Below are positions 50,573 through 59,893 of a stretch of 64,000 nucleotides of DNA, in pieces. The translations under genes and the position numbers were made by a program. The stretch is from an uncultured Actinomycetota bacterium (GTDB lineage: Bacteria; Actinomycetota; Geothermincolia; Geothermincolales; RBG-13-55-18), in the NCBI GenBank assembly GCA_964510515.1, contig CAZEAU010000008.1, forward strand, positions 5,379 to 69,378. The letters run 5' to 3'. Positions within the stretch are counted from its first letter, which is position 1; each line of letters starts with the position of its first letter. Under the pieces are notes generated by a model that was not told the origin of the DNA, made no database searches, and saw only the letters and a list, made by a program, of their open reading frames with translations.

Positions 50573-50694
50573 TTATATAGCATATGTCCAGTAACAAGAT
50601 CATGCTCCTCACGCTCGCATTTCATCATCTCATACACGATGCTTTACACATGGTTTACACTAGTATAATATATTTATGGGCATATGCCTAGTAA
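50573..50694. promoter_or_regulatory. Twin CATATG-centred palindromic operators in a divergent promoter region
   Basis: TTATATAG-CATATG-TCCAGTAA (50573-50594) and TTTATGGG-CATATG-CCTAGTAA (50673-50694); TATAAT at 50664. Confidence 0.7.
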
Positions 50695-50738
50695 TGAAGG
50701 CGCGGGGAGCGCCTGACGCGGATGTGGAGGTGAGACGG

Positions 50739-50921
50739 ATGGCATGGCTGGGAAGAGGACGCGGAAGCGGAAGGCCCGCGGGTGGCCGCGGTGCCGCCGG
50801 AACCGCTGTATGCCGCTGCCCCAAGTGCGGGCACAGCGAGCCGCACACCAGGGGCGTCCCTTGCTCCAGGAAGAGCTGCCCCAAGTGCGGAACGCGCATG
50901 GTGGGGGCGAACTGCGGTTGA
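50739..50921 (+). CDS. Small Gly/Arg-rich Cys-cluster protein of ORP-type clusters
   Basis: GGAGGTG SD; CRCPKCG...H.RGVPC...CPKCG. Confidence 0.8.
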   Translation: MAWLGRGRGSGRPAGGRGAAGTAVCRCPKCGHSEPHTRGVPCSRKSCPKCGTRMVGANCG

Positions 50922-50983
50922 GAGAGCGCCGCGAGGCGCGGTCATGGCACAGGAGATTGACGCATTGAGGAGAGGAGAATGAC

Positions 50984-51532
50984 ATGAAGGTAGCCATATC
51001 ATCTACGGGACCCGACTTGACGGGCAACGTGGACCCCCGTTTCGGCCGCTGCGCCTACTTTATCTTCTACGACACCGATACGGGAAACTGGGAGGCGGTG
51101 CCCAACGCCAACCGTGACGCCGCCGGCGGGGCGGGCATCCGCACCGCCCAGTCCGTGGTGGAGAAGGGCGCGGAGGCCGTGCTCACGGGCAATATCGGCC
51201 CCAACGCCATGCAGGTGCTCTCGGGGCAGGTCAAGGTGTACACGGGCTTTTTCGGCACCATCGAGGAGGCTCTGCAGGCGCTGAAAACGGGCGGCCTCAC
51301 CGACACGACCTCGCCCACGGTCCAGGACCACGCCGGCCTGGGCGGCGGAGGCGCCGCCGGTCCCGGCACCGGCATGCCGGGCGGAGGCATGGGCATGGGC
51401 GGAGGCATGGGCATGGGCGGAGGCATGGGCATGGGCGGAGGCATGGGCCGCGGCATGGGCGGAGGCATGGGCCGCGGTGGAGGCCGCGGTGGAGGCCGCG
51501 GCAGGGGCGGTAGAGGTGGGGGGCGTTGGTAA
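50984..51532 (+). CDS. NifB/NifX-family (orange protein-like) protein with Gly-Met/Arg tail
   Basis: MKVAIS, DPRFGRC, GAGI, TGNIGPNA. Confidence 0.9.
   Translation: MKVAISSTGPDLTGNVDPRFGRCAYFIFYDTDTGNWEAVPNANRDAAGGAGIRTAQSVVEKGAEAVLTGNIGPNAMQVLSGQVKVYTGFFGTIEEALQALKTGGLTDTTSPTVQDHAGLGGGGAAGPGTGMPGGGMGMGGGMGMGGGMGMGGGMGRGMGGGMGRGGGRGGGRGRGGRGGGRW
51380..51520 (+). repeat. In-frame 18-bp tandem repeats (GGGMGM) followed by RGG repeats
   Basis: GGCGGAGGCATGGGCATG repeated. Confidence 0.85.
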
Positions 51533-52386
51533 TCACAGTCGCCGCCGGCAAGGGCGGGACCGGCAAGACCCTGGTGGCGGTGAACCTGGCCCTTTCCCTG
51601 CACCGGGCGGGGGTGAAGACGCTGCTCGCGGACGCCGACGTGGAGGAGCCCAACGCTCACCTTTTCATCAGGCCCTCCATCACCAGCCGCGAGGACGTCA
51701 CCATAGCCATACCGCGCATCGACGAGGAGGTCTGCGACCGCTGCGGTGAATGCTCCTCCTTCTGCGCCTTCGGGGCGCTGGCCACCACGCCCGCGCGGGT
51801 CATCCTCTTCGACGACCTCTGCCACGGTTGCGGGGGATGCACGCTGGTATGCCCCCTCGGCGCCATCAGCGAGGAGCCGCGGCTCATCGGGGCCATCGAG
51901 CGGGGACGCAGCGCCGAGGGCCTGGACTTCATGCACGGGATCCTGGAGATAGGCGAGCCCATGGCCAGCCCCATTATCGCCGCCATCAAGGAGCGCCTGG
52001 ACCCCGCGGCCGTGAACATCGTCGATTGCGGGCCGGGAACGGGCTGCGCCGCCATGACCGCGGTGCAGGGCTCGGATGTGTGTATCATGGTCACCGAGCC
52101 CACCCCCTTCGGCCTGCACGACCTGCTCATGGCGGTGAAGATGGCCGAGACGCTCGGGGTGCCCTCGCTGGTGGTGGTGAACAAAGACGCGCCGGGCAAC
52201 ACCGAGGTGAGGGACTTCTGCGCCGAGCACGGCCTGGAGATAGCGCTCTCCATACCCTTCTCCATGGAGACGGCGCGGCTCACCTCGAGCGGCGTCAACC
52301 TGGTCGACAGCGAAAAGGACTGGCAGAGGACGTTCTATTCCCTCTACGAGAGGGTATCCCCCATGGTCTCCAGCGGAGGTGCCTGA
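51526..52386 (+). CDS. MinD/ParA-like P-loop ATPase with 4Fe-4S insert
   Basis: GKGGTGKT, DADVEEPN, two CxxCxxC motifs, EPTPFGLHDL. Confidence 0.9.
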   Translation: MVITVAAGKGGTGKTLVAVNLALSLHRAGVKTLLADADVEEPNAHLFIRPSITSREDVTIAIPRIDEEVCDRCGECSSFCAFGALATTPARVILFDDLCHGCGGCTLVCPLGAISEEPRLIGAIERGRSAEGLDFMHGILEIGEPMASPIIAAIKERLDPAAVNIVDCGPGTGCAAMTAVQGSDVCIMVTEPTPFGLHDLLMAVKMAETLGVPSLVVVNKDAPGNTEVRDFCAEHGLEIALSIPFSMETARLTSSGVNLVDSEKDWQRTFYSLYERVSPMVSSGGA

Positions 52387-52387
52387 G

Positions 52388-53266
52388 ATGAAACAACTGG
52401 TCATCCTCAGCGGCAAGGGCGGGACGGGAAAGACCACGGTCACCGCCTCCCTGGCGCAGGCCTTAAAACCGGTGATGCTGGCCGACTGCGACGTGGAGGC
52501 GCCCAACCTGCACCTCCTGCTCTCCCTGAAAACGGAGAAGTCCTACGCCCTGCGGGTCTCGCGCAAGGCGAGGATAGACCCTGAGCTGTGCACCTCCTGC
52601 GGCCTCTGCGAGGAGCACTGCCGCTTTGGAGCCGTCGTCGCCTCCGACCCCTACAGCATCGACGTATTCAGCTGCGAGGGCTGCGGGGTCTGCGGCCACG
52701 TGTGCCCGGAGAAGGCCGTCGACTTCTTCGAGAGCGACGGGGCACAGGTCTATATCGGCACCACGCCCTACGGGCCCATGGTCGGGGCGGAGCTCGCCAT
52801 GGGCGAGGAAGCCTCGGGCAAGGTGGTGTCGCAGGTGCGGATGGAGGCCCAGGCGATGGCCCATGAGGCCGGGCTACCGCTCATCATCGTGGACGGCTCG
52901 CCGGGCACGGGATGCCCGGTGATCGCCTCCCTGAGCGGCGCGGACCTGGCCCTCATCGTCACCGAGCCCTCGCTTTCGGGCCTGCACGACCTGGAGAGGA
53001 TACTGCAGGTGGCGAAGCACTTCGGCATCCCCACCATGGTGTGCATCAACAAATGCGACATCGTGCCCGAGCTGGCGGACCGTATCAGGCGGAGATGCGG
53101 GGAGCTGGGCATAGAGGTTGCCGCGCAGATACCCTTCAGCGAAGAGGTGGTGGAGGCGCTGCGCGCCGGGCGTCCGCCCCTGGGAAACGTGCCGCAGCGG
53201 GTGGAGGAGCCCCTGCGGCGCCTGGCCGAAGCGGTCGTGGCGCACACGGCGGTAGCCGCCAATTGA
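52388..53266 (+). CDS. MinD/ParA-like P-loop ATPase with 4Fe-4S insert (paralogue)
   Basis: SGKGGTGKT, DCDVEAPN, two CxxCxxC motifs, DGSPGTGCP. Confidence 0.9.
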   Translation: MKQLVILSGKGGTGKTTVTASLAQALKPVMLADCDVEAPNLHLLLSLKTEKSYALRVSRKARIDPELCTSCGLCEEHCRFGAVVASDPYSIDVFSCEGCGVCGHVCPEKAVDFFESDGAQVYIGTTPYGPMVGAELAMGEEASGKVVSQVRMEAQAMAHEAGLPLIIVDGSPGTGCPVIASLSGADLALIVTEPSLSGLHDLERILQVAKHFGIPTMVCINKCDIVPELADRIRRRCGELGIEVAAQIPFSEEVVEALRAGRPPLGNVPQRVEEPLRRLAEAVVAHTAVAAN

Positions 53267-53451
53267 GAAGCGCGGTCACGCGGGGCCGGAGGCGGGGCGG
53301 CGGAGGTGACAAATGCCCGCCGTTGCCATATAAAAGAGGCGAGGGAGGTGGGCTCTTGACCGCACCCGCCGATCCCGGGCCGCCGGGGGAGGCGCCCCGC
53401 ACGTAACGCCAGGGGCAGGAGGAGAACAGCGCGCATAAAGGAAGTGAGCAA

Positions 53452-53850
53452 TTGGCCAGGCCCGTCAAGCCCAAGCTGGTGGGGTGGGCGCCCCGCACGG
53501 ATTACTTCAAACCCAGGGGCATACCCCTTGCCCAGCTCGAGGAGGTCAGACTGAGCGTGGAGGAGCTGGAGTCCCTGCGCCTGGTGGACCTGGAGGGCAT
53601 GTATCAGGAGGACGCCGCCCGGGAGATGGGCGTCTCGCGCCAGACGGTGCAGCGCATGATCGCCGAGGCCCGGGCCAAGGTTATCGGAGCCCTGGTTACC
53701 GGCCGGGCCCTGCGCATCGAGGGGGGGAGCTACATCCTCCGCGAGGGCGCGGGCCAGTACCGCTGCGGCCGCTGCGGCGACGCCTTCCCCTTCCGCCAGG
53801 GGCGCAAGGGGCGGGGGTGGAAGTGCCCCACCTGCGATTCCGGCGAATGA
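53452..53850 (+). CDS. DUF134-family HTH regulator
   Basis: RP.K...FKPRG, EELESLRLVDLEG, MGVSRQT, ALRIEGG; C-terminal CxxC...CPTC. Confidence 0.88.
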   Translation: MARPVKPKLVGWAPRTDYFKPRGIPLAQLEEVRLSVEELESLRLVDLEGMYQEDAAREMGVSRQTVQRMIAEARAKVIGALVTGRALRIEGGSYILREGAGQYRCGRCGDAFPFRQGRKGRGWKCPTCDSGE

Positions 53851-54082
53851 CGGCGGGTGAGCCGCCCTGGCGGGATATCGCCCGCCGCCCCATAGTCATC
53901 ATGCGCTCCCCCCATACCCGCGGCCCGGGCACCCCCATGCGGCCCGAGGGGGCCGGGTGCGGTTCGCTGCTTGGCTTAACCTTGCCAAACCGCCCCTTGC
54001 GCACCCCGATATGCGGCAGAGCGACGGTGCTTCCCCGCCGCTTGAGGTATGGTATTAGAAAGCCCGGGGGAAAGGTGCGAGC

Positions 54083-54808
54083 ATGTTAGCGCAGAGCATA
54101 GTGTCCCAGGCCATGCGGGCGGGCGGGGGACTTCGCCTGCACGAAGCGGTGGTCGGCCTGGGTTTCACCCTGGTGAGCCTGGAGGGCGGCGCCTGCGGCC
54201 TCGCCTATACCCTGCGCGACGAGCTGGGGCGCGGCTGCGACGCTTTCACGCAAGCGGGGAGCCTGGTGGGCAGGGAGGCAGGAGAGGCCCTGGAATGGAT
54301 GGGGAGGGGCTCGGTCGTCGCCTCCGCCGTCGGCCTCGCCGTGGCCAACGCCCTGCTGCCGCCGCCCGCGGAGGCCTTGGCCACGGACCTCATGGATATG
54401 CTTTCCCTGCGGCCCGGGGAGCGCGTGGTCACGGTGGGGAGGTTCCGCCCCCTGGAGCCGAGGCTGAAAAAGAGGGGGGTGGCCCTGGAGGCCGTCGAGC
54501 GGGGAGACCCGCTGCAGCCCCTGCGGGGATGCGACGTGGCCCTCGTCACCGCCACCGCCATCATCAACGGAACCCTTGAGGACATCCTCCCCGCGACCGC
54601 GGGAGCCCGGGAGGTGGTCGTCCTCGGACCCAGCACCCCCTGCGCCCCCGCGGCTTTCGCCGGAACCGCCGTCACCCTCCTCGCCGGCTCGGCCGTGGCC
54701 GACCGGGAGCGGGCGCGGGCGGTGGTGCTCGAGGGCGGAGGCACGCAGACCCTGGGCAAGTCGCTGCACAGGTGGACGCTGCGCGTGAGCGAGGCGAGGC
54801 GGGGATGA
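54083..54808 (+). CDS. DUF364/DUF4213 Rossmann-like protein
   Basis: GLGFT, AVGLAVANAL, VGRF.P, TATAIINGT, LGPST. Confidence 0.82.
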   Translation: MLAQSIVSQAMRAGGGLRLHEAVVGLGFTLVSLEGGACGLAYTLRDELGRGCDAFTQAGSLVGREAGEALEWMGRGSVVASAVGLAVANALLPPPAEALATDLMDMLSLRPGERVVTVGRFRPLEPRLKKRGVALEAVERGDPLQPLRGCDVALVTATAIINGTLEDILPATAGAREVVVLGPSTPCAPAAFAGTAVTLLAGSAVADRERARAVVLEGGGTQTLGKSLHRWTLRVSEARRG

Positions 54809-56007
54809 AAAGGACCGAGCGGGCGGCCGCCCTCTCCGTCGTCGTCACCACCCTCCTGGGCGGGGGCATGATCGCCGTCGCCGCTGTCTCGGGCAGCGTG
54901 TCCCTGGTCGCCGAGGGCATACACACCATGACCGACAGCGTCACCTCGCTGGCCCTCCTCATCGGCCTGCGCCTCTCCGAGCGCCACAGCGAGACCTTCC
55001 CCTTCGGCCTCTATAAGCTGGAGAACCTGGTGGCCACGGCCATCGGCGTCCTCATCCTGGTCGGCGCCTACGAGCTGGGCTCCGAGTCCATCCGCCATCT
55101 CGGCGAAGAGCCGCGCGCCCTGGAGCACGAATGGCTGATGATGGCGGTGATGGCGGTGAGCATACTCTGCATAGGAGCCCTGGCCTGGTACAAGAACAAG
55201 GTCGCCCGCGAGGAGAACTCCCCCGGGCTGCGGGCGGACGCGCGCCACTCCATGAGCGACCTCGCCGCGGCGGTGGCCGTGCTGGTGGGTATCGGCCTGC
55301 ACATGGCGGGCGTGCCCCGGGCGGACTCCGTCGCCGCCCTGGTGGTGGTGGCCTTCCTCGCCTGGGCGGGGATAAACGTCACCCTCAACGGGGTGAAGGT
55401 GCTCCTCGACGCCTCGGTGGAGAAGGAGGTGCTCTTCCAGGCGCGGGAGATAGCGCAGGCCCATCACGGGGTCAAGGAGGTCCTGCATGTGGAGGGGAGG
55501 AACTCGGGCAGCTACCGCTTCCTCAACCTCGTCCTCGTGCCCCGCAGCCGGAACCTGGACCTCGCCGACCACGTCGCCGAGGAGGTGCGGGACAGCATCT
55601 CCCGGGGCATCCCCAAGGTGGATCGGGTGAACATCAACCTGCGCACCGAGGCAAGGGAAAGCATGCGCGGCGCCGTCATGCTGGAGGCGGACGGCGCGAC
55701 CGTGTCCGGCCATTTCGGCGACGCCCCGGCCTTCGCCCTGCTCGACTTCTCCCTCCCTGGCGCGGGGACCGTCTCCCGGGAAATGCTGTTGAACCCCTTC
55801 ACCGACCTCTCCCGGGGCAAGGGGGTCAAGGTGGCGGAGTTCCTGGCCCAGCAGGGCGTGGACGTCGTGGTGGTCAAGGAGGACCTGGAGGGCAAGGGCT
55901 CCCATTACGCCCTGGAGGCGCACGGGGTGCTCGAGCTGTTCCGGCCGGAGCTGAAGAGCCTGGAGGACGCCGAGAGGGAGCTGGCCGACTTCGTGCGCGG
56001 CCATTAA
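54805..56007 (+). CDS. Cation diffusion facilitator with C-terminal NifB/NifX-like domain
   Basis: HTMTD, FPFGLYKLE, HSMSD; C-terminal GHFGDAPAF...GKGVKVAEFL. Confidence 0.88.
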   Translation: MKRTERAAALSVVVTTLLGGGMIAVAAVSGSVSLVAEGIHTMTDSVTSLALLIGLRLSERHSETFPFGLYKLENLVATAIGVLILVGAYELGSESIRHLGEEPRALEHEWLMMAVMAVSILCIGALAWYKNKVAREENSPGLRADARHSMSDLAAAVAVLVGIGLHMAGVPRADSVAALVVVAFLAWAGINVTLNGVKVLLDASVEKEVLFQAREIAQAHHGVKEVLHVEGRNSGSYRFLNLVLVPRSRNLDLADHVAEEVRDSISRGIPKVDRVNINLRTEARESMRGAVMLEADGATVSGHFGDAPAFALLDFSLPGAGTVSREMLLNPFTDLSRGKGVKVAEFLAQQGVDVVVVKEDLEGKGSHYALEAHGVLELFRPELKSLEDAERELADFVRGH

Positions 56008-56044
56008 GCACCTCCCGCGGGGGCGCCAGTGATAGAATACCCCC

Positions 56045-56812
56045 ATGATGCATACATCACACCTGGAAGGCATGGCTTTCACCGCGGGGCGCTGGCCCCT
56101 GGACCCAGGCCTGCCCACCGCCGTCTTCATCCACGGCTCCGGGGGGGCGGGTGTGCTCTGGCACGCGCAGGCGCAAGAGCTGGCGGAGGAGATGAACACG
56201 CTGGCCCTCGACCTCCCGGGACATGGCGCGAGCGGCGGCGAGGGCATGGAGCGCGTGGAGGATTACGCCGCGCGCGTGGACGCCTTCATCGCCTCGCTGG
56301 GGGCGCCGCGCCCCATACCCTGCGGCCTGAGCATCGGCGGGGCCATCGTCCTGCAGCTGCTGCTGGACCACCCGGGCCGGTACGCGGCGGGCATCGTGGT
56401 CAACTCAGGCGCCAGGCTGCGGGTGCTGCCCATGATATTTGAGGCCGTGGAGAAGGATCCGCGGGCCTTTGCCGAGGCCGCCCCCGCCTTCAGCATCGCG
56501 GAGAAGACCGACCCCTCCGTCATCGCTCCCCTCCTGGAAGCGATGGCCGCATGCCCCCCCGAGGTCACCCTGGGCGACTTCCGCGCCTGCGACTCCTTCG
56601 ACGTCATGGAGAGGCTGGGCGAGATAGAGGCGCCCGTCCTCGTCCTCACCGCCGCGGAGGACAAGATGACCCCCGTCAAGTACGGCGCCTTTCTCGCGGA
56701 GCGCATCGCGCGCTCCACCCTGCTCAACATCGAGGGAGCCGGCCACCTCTCCCCCATGGAGAAGCCCCGCGAGGTGGGCGAGGCCATAGCGGAGTTCGTG
56801 CGCTCGCTGTGA
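56045..56812 (+). CDS. Alpha/beta hydrolase
   Basis: FIHGSGG, DLPGHG, GLSIGG, AGH. Confidence 0.9.
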   Translation: MMHTSHLEGMAFTAGRWPLDPGLPTAVFIHGSGGAGVLWHAQAQELAEEMNTLALDLPGHGASGGEGMERVEDYAARVDAFIASLGAPRPIPCGLSIGGAIVLQLLLDHPGRYAAGIVVNSGARLRVLPMIFEAVEKDPRAFAEAAPAFSIAEKTDPSVIAPLLEAMAACPPEVTLGDFRACDSFDVMERLGEIEAPVLVLTAAEDKMTPVKYGAFLAERIARSTLLNIEGAGHLSPMEKPREVGEAIAEFVRSL

Positions 56813-56966
56813 GGCCCTCCCCGCACGGGAGAGGGACCACGCGTTCCCGCTCACCTATTCCCGGAAGGGTGCACCCGACTCCACGTGGGGAAAGGAGCCA
56901 CGCGGGCCACGCCGCCCACTCGTGTCATCCCCGGATGCTAGAATTATTCTAAAGGAGGCGGTCGGG

Positions 56967-58163
56967 ATGGCGGTGTATTCCCACTCAAGGCTGCAGACTT
57001 TCCAGAACTGCCCGCTGCAGTACAAGCTGCGATATATCGACCGGGTGAAGTCGGAGAGGCACGGCATCGAGGCCTTCATGGGCAGCATGGTGCACGAGGC
57101 TATGGAGAAACTCTACCGCGACCTCAGGGTGTCCAAACTCAACGAGCTGGAGGACCTGCTGGGCTTCTACCGCCAGAGCTGGGACAGCGCCTGGCACGAC
57201 GGCATCTTCATCGTCAAAAAGGACTACACGGCGCGCAACTACCGCGACACCGGCGAGCGCTGCATCCGCGACTACTACGAGCGCTGCTACCCCTTCGAGG
57301 ACGGCAGGACCCTGTGGCTGGAGGAGTGGGTGCGCATCCCCCTGGATTCGGGGGGCAAATACTCCATGACCGGGGTGGTGGACCGCCTGGTGGACAGGGG
57401 CGGCGGTGCCTACGAGATACACGACTACAAGACCTCCGCGAGCCTCCCCACCCAGAAGCAGGCGGACTCCGACCGTCAGCTGGCCCTCTATCAGCTGGCG
57501 GCGATGGAGGCCTTTCCCGATGCCCGCGAGATGAAGCTGGTGTGGCATTACCTGGCCTTCGACAAGGACATCGTCTCCGAGAGGAGCGAGGAGGACCTGC
57601 GGGAGCTGAAGCGCAGCACCATCGCCCTCATCGAGGTCGTGGAGGGGGCGCGGGAGTTCGAGCCCAGGGAGAGCGCCCTCTGCGCATGGTGCGATTATCC
57701 CCACCTTTGCCCGCTGCGCAGGCACCTCTTCGCGGTGCAGGACCTCGCACCCCGGGAGTTCAGCGAGGAGGACGGGGTCAGGCTGGCGGACAGGTACGTG
57801 GAGCTGAGGGGAAGGAAGAGGGAGCTGGAGGCGGAGCTGGAGGGGCTGCAGGAGGAGATAGCGGAGTACTGCGGGGCCAAGGACTACGCGACCCTGCGGG
57901 GGACGGAGCACATGCTGACGGTGAAGAGGGAGACGAGGCCGGCCTTCCCCAAATCCGGCAGCCAGGAGCGATCCGAGCTGGAGGAGCTCCTGAGAAAGCT
58001 GGGGCGCTGGGACGGCGCCGCGGCCCTCAATGCCGCCAAGCTGACCAAGACGCTGCGGGAGAGGAGCTGGCCGGAGAAGGAGCTGCGCGAGCTGGAGCGC
58101 TTCGCGACCTGGGAGGAGAGCGTCAGCATACGCCCCCGCAAGCTCAAGGACCAGGAGAGATAG
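56967..58163 (+). CDS. RecB/AddB/Cas4-like PD-(D/E)XK nuclease
   Basis: YSHSRL...CP, G..VH, GVVDRL, HDYKT, QLALY, CAWCDY...C. Confidence 0.85.
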   Translation: MAVYSHSRLQTFQNCPLQYKLRYIDRVKSERHGIEAFMGSMVHEAMEKLYRDLRVSKLNELEDLLGFYRQSWDSAWHDGIFIVKKDYTARNYRDTGERCIRDYYERCYPFEDGRTLWLEEWVRIPLDSGGKYSMTGVVDRLVDRGGGAYEIHDYKTSASLPTQKQADSDRQLALYQLAAMEAFPDAREMKLVWHYLAFDKDIVSERSEEDLRELKRSTIALIEVVEGAREFEPRESALCAWCDYPHLCPLRRHLFAVQDLAPREFSEEDGVRLADRYVELRGRKRELEAELEGLQEEIAEYCGAKDYATLRGTEHMLTVKRETRPAFPKSGSQERSELEELLRKLGRWDGAAALNAAKLTKTLRERSWPEKELRELERFATWEESVSIRPRKLKDQER

Positions 58164-58189
58164 GCGCAGGCCCGCCCTCCGCGCGGGGC

Positions 58190-59509
58190 TCAGATGATAG
58201 GCGCCACATTGGCCCGCGAGCCCTTGAGCTTCGCCGCGATGAGGAGGAAGAGGGAGCGCACGGGGTCAACCGGTGAGAGCTGCACCGTCTGGACTCGCAT
58301 CTGCCGGGACAGGCCGCCGATGCTTAGGGCCAGGTCATTGCATCCGGGGCTCATGGTCACGCGGCGCTTTCCCAGCCGCTTGCGCAGCGCCACGCCGTGC
58401 TCCTGTATGGCGCAGCTCCCCGCGATGTGCACGCGGCCCTCGAGGCCATCCACCACCTCCTTGCCTATGCCCTTCCCCATGAGCACGGTGAAGCCCCCTT
58501 TGCCCCCATGGTCGCGGTAGAGCAGCTCGATGATGGTCTCGGTGTTGCGGCGGCAACCCTCCTTGCAGCAGCGCTCCTCGCCCCTGATGATGGTCACATC
58601 GGGCGGGAAATCGTCCAGCAGCTCGCAGGTCAACTGCCGCTTGCGCTCCTCCAGGAGGGGCCGGTTGACGATGTCGATCTTCTCGATATCCCCCTGCCCA
58701 AAACCGGTGTCCGCGCAGAGCTTGAGATGCGCGACCTCCTGCAGGCCGAAGCCCATCAGCGCCGCGCCCACGACATCGGTGGCCAGCGCGTCCGGGCCCC
58801 CGATAAGTAGGTCGAAGGGCAACACGCAGCGCACGGCGTTGAAAACCGTCGGGTAGTGGCCGTGATCGGTGCCGACGAGCCCGTCGATAAGGGCGAAATC
58901 CGGGCGGATGACGCGGTAGATGTCGGCGAACTTCTGATGCAGTCGGTAGTTGTGGTTGGCGATGCGGCTCATCTGATGCACCAGCCCGAACTGATTCTTG
59001 ATGGAGAGCGTCACCTGGGACATGCTGTGGGTCTTGAGCTTGGGGATGGACACATAGAGGTTCTCCGCGCGCCTCTCTATGAGGCGCTCGTAGGCGAAGT
59101 CCGATATCTCCACAAACTCCTCCAGCGTCTCCAGAAACACCGGCACGGCCCCCGTCTCGTCCAGGTAAATGGGCACGGCCCCGGTCTCTTTGCACACGCG
59201 CTTGTAGCCGGTGCCCAGAAAGACCAGCCGGGTGAAGTTGGCCTGGGTGCTGTTCTCGATGACATAGACATCGCGCGCCCCGCAGGCCTGAAAGTAGAGG
59301 ATGGTCTGGCGCAGCACCTCGGGGTCGGTATAGACATTCGGCTCTGGGCCAACGCCGTTGACCTTGAGATAGACATCCCGGCTGGAGCGCAGCATGCTCT
59401 TCCCCCCGCCGAAATGCTCGAAGACCTCCCTCACGGCCGCGGCTATGCCCTGCCGGGTGTCCGCCAGCACGACCTCCGCTCTCGCGTCTGAAGCGCCTTC
59501 ACCGACCAT
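58190..59509 (-). CDS. DUF362-domain Fe-S protein
   Basis: YLKVN, PKLKTH, TLSIKNQFG, D.LATD; C-terminal CC..GC, GSCA, PGC. Confidence 0.82.
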   Translation of the reverse strand: MVGEGASDARAEVVLADTRQGIAAAVREVFEHFGGGKSMLRSSRDVYLKVNGVGPEPNVYTDPEVLRQTILYFQACGARDVYVIENSTQANFTRLVFLGTGYKRVCKETGAVPIYLDETGAVPVFLETLEEFVEISDFAYERLIERRAENLYVSIPKLKTHSMSQVTLSIKNQFGLVHQMSRIANHNYRLHQKFADIYRVIRPDFALIDGLVGTDHGHYPTVFNAVRCVLPFDLLIGGPDALATDVVGAALMGFGLQEVAHLKLCADTGFGQGDIEKIDIVNRPLLEERKRQLTCELLDDFPPDVTIIRGEERCCKEGCRRNTETIIELLYRDHGGKGGFTVLMGKGIGKEVVDGLEGRVHIAGSCAIQEHGVALRKRLGKRRVTMSPGCNDLALSIGGLSRQMRVQTVQLSPVDPVRSLFLLIAAKLKGSRANVAPII

Positions 59510-59865
59510 CGCCTTACCTCCCTCGCTGCCGCGCGCACGGCGGGGGCCGGCCCGCGGCCTCCCGCGGGGCATGCCGTCCCCGTGCCGCCCTCTCGCAGGA
59601 CATCTTGCTTCCTTTTTGGGCTCAAGCGGGCGCCGGGCCACGGCTCGCCATCTCGCCACGCGGCGGGCGCGCGCTCCCGAGCTCCGCCTGCGACCATCCA
59701 TATCATAGAATCGGGCCCGCGCGCATGTCCATCCGCGCGGGCCCCCATATCCACCGGTCGCCGCCGACGGCCGCATGCTGGAGGAGGATGCGTCGCCAGG
59801 AAGGGAAATGGCGGGTCCCCTGCGGGAATCGCGCGAAAACAGGGGCGGCAACATGGCCGAGTTGC

Positions 59866-59893
59866 TCAAGGGGCGGGGTCGCCCTGCCGAATG
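59866..59893 (+). promoter_or_regulatory. sigma-28/WhiG-type promoter candidate
   Basis: TCAA-N16-GCCGAATG, ~300 bp upstream of the surface-protein gene. Confidence 0.4.

Noticed and set aside
48685-56007. Nitrogen fixation cluster
   Set aside because: NifB/NifX-like domains occur without nifHDK/ENB; the context matches ORP-type clusters.
56967-58163. CRISPR-associated Cas4
   Set aside because: No cas1/cas2 or array in the window.
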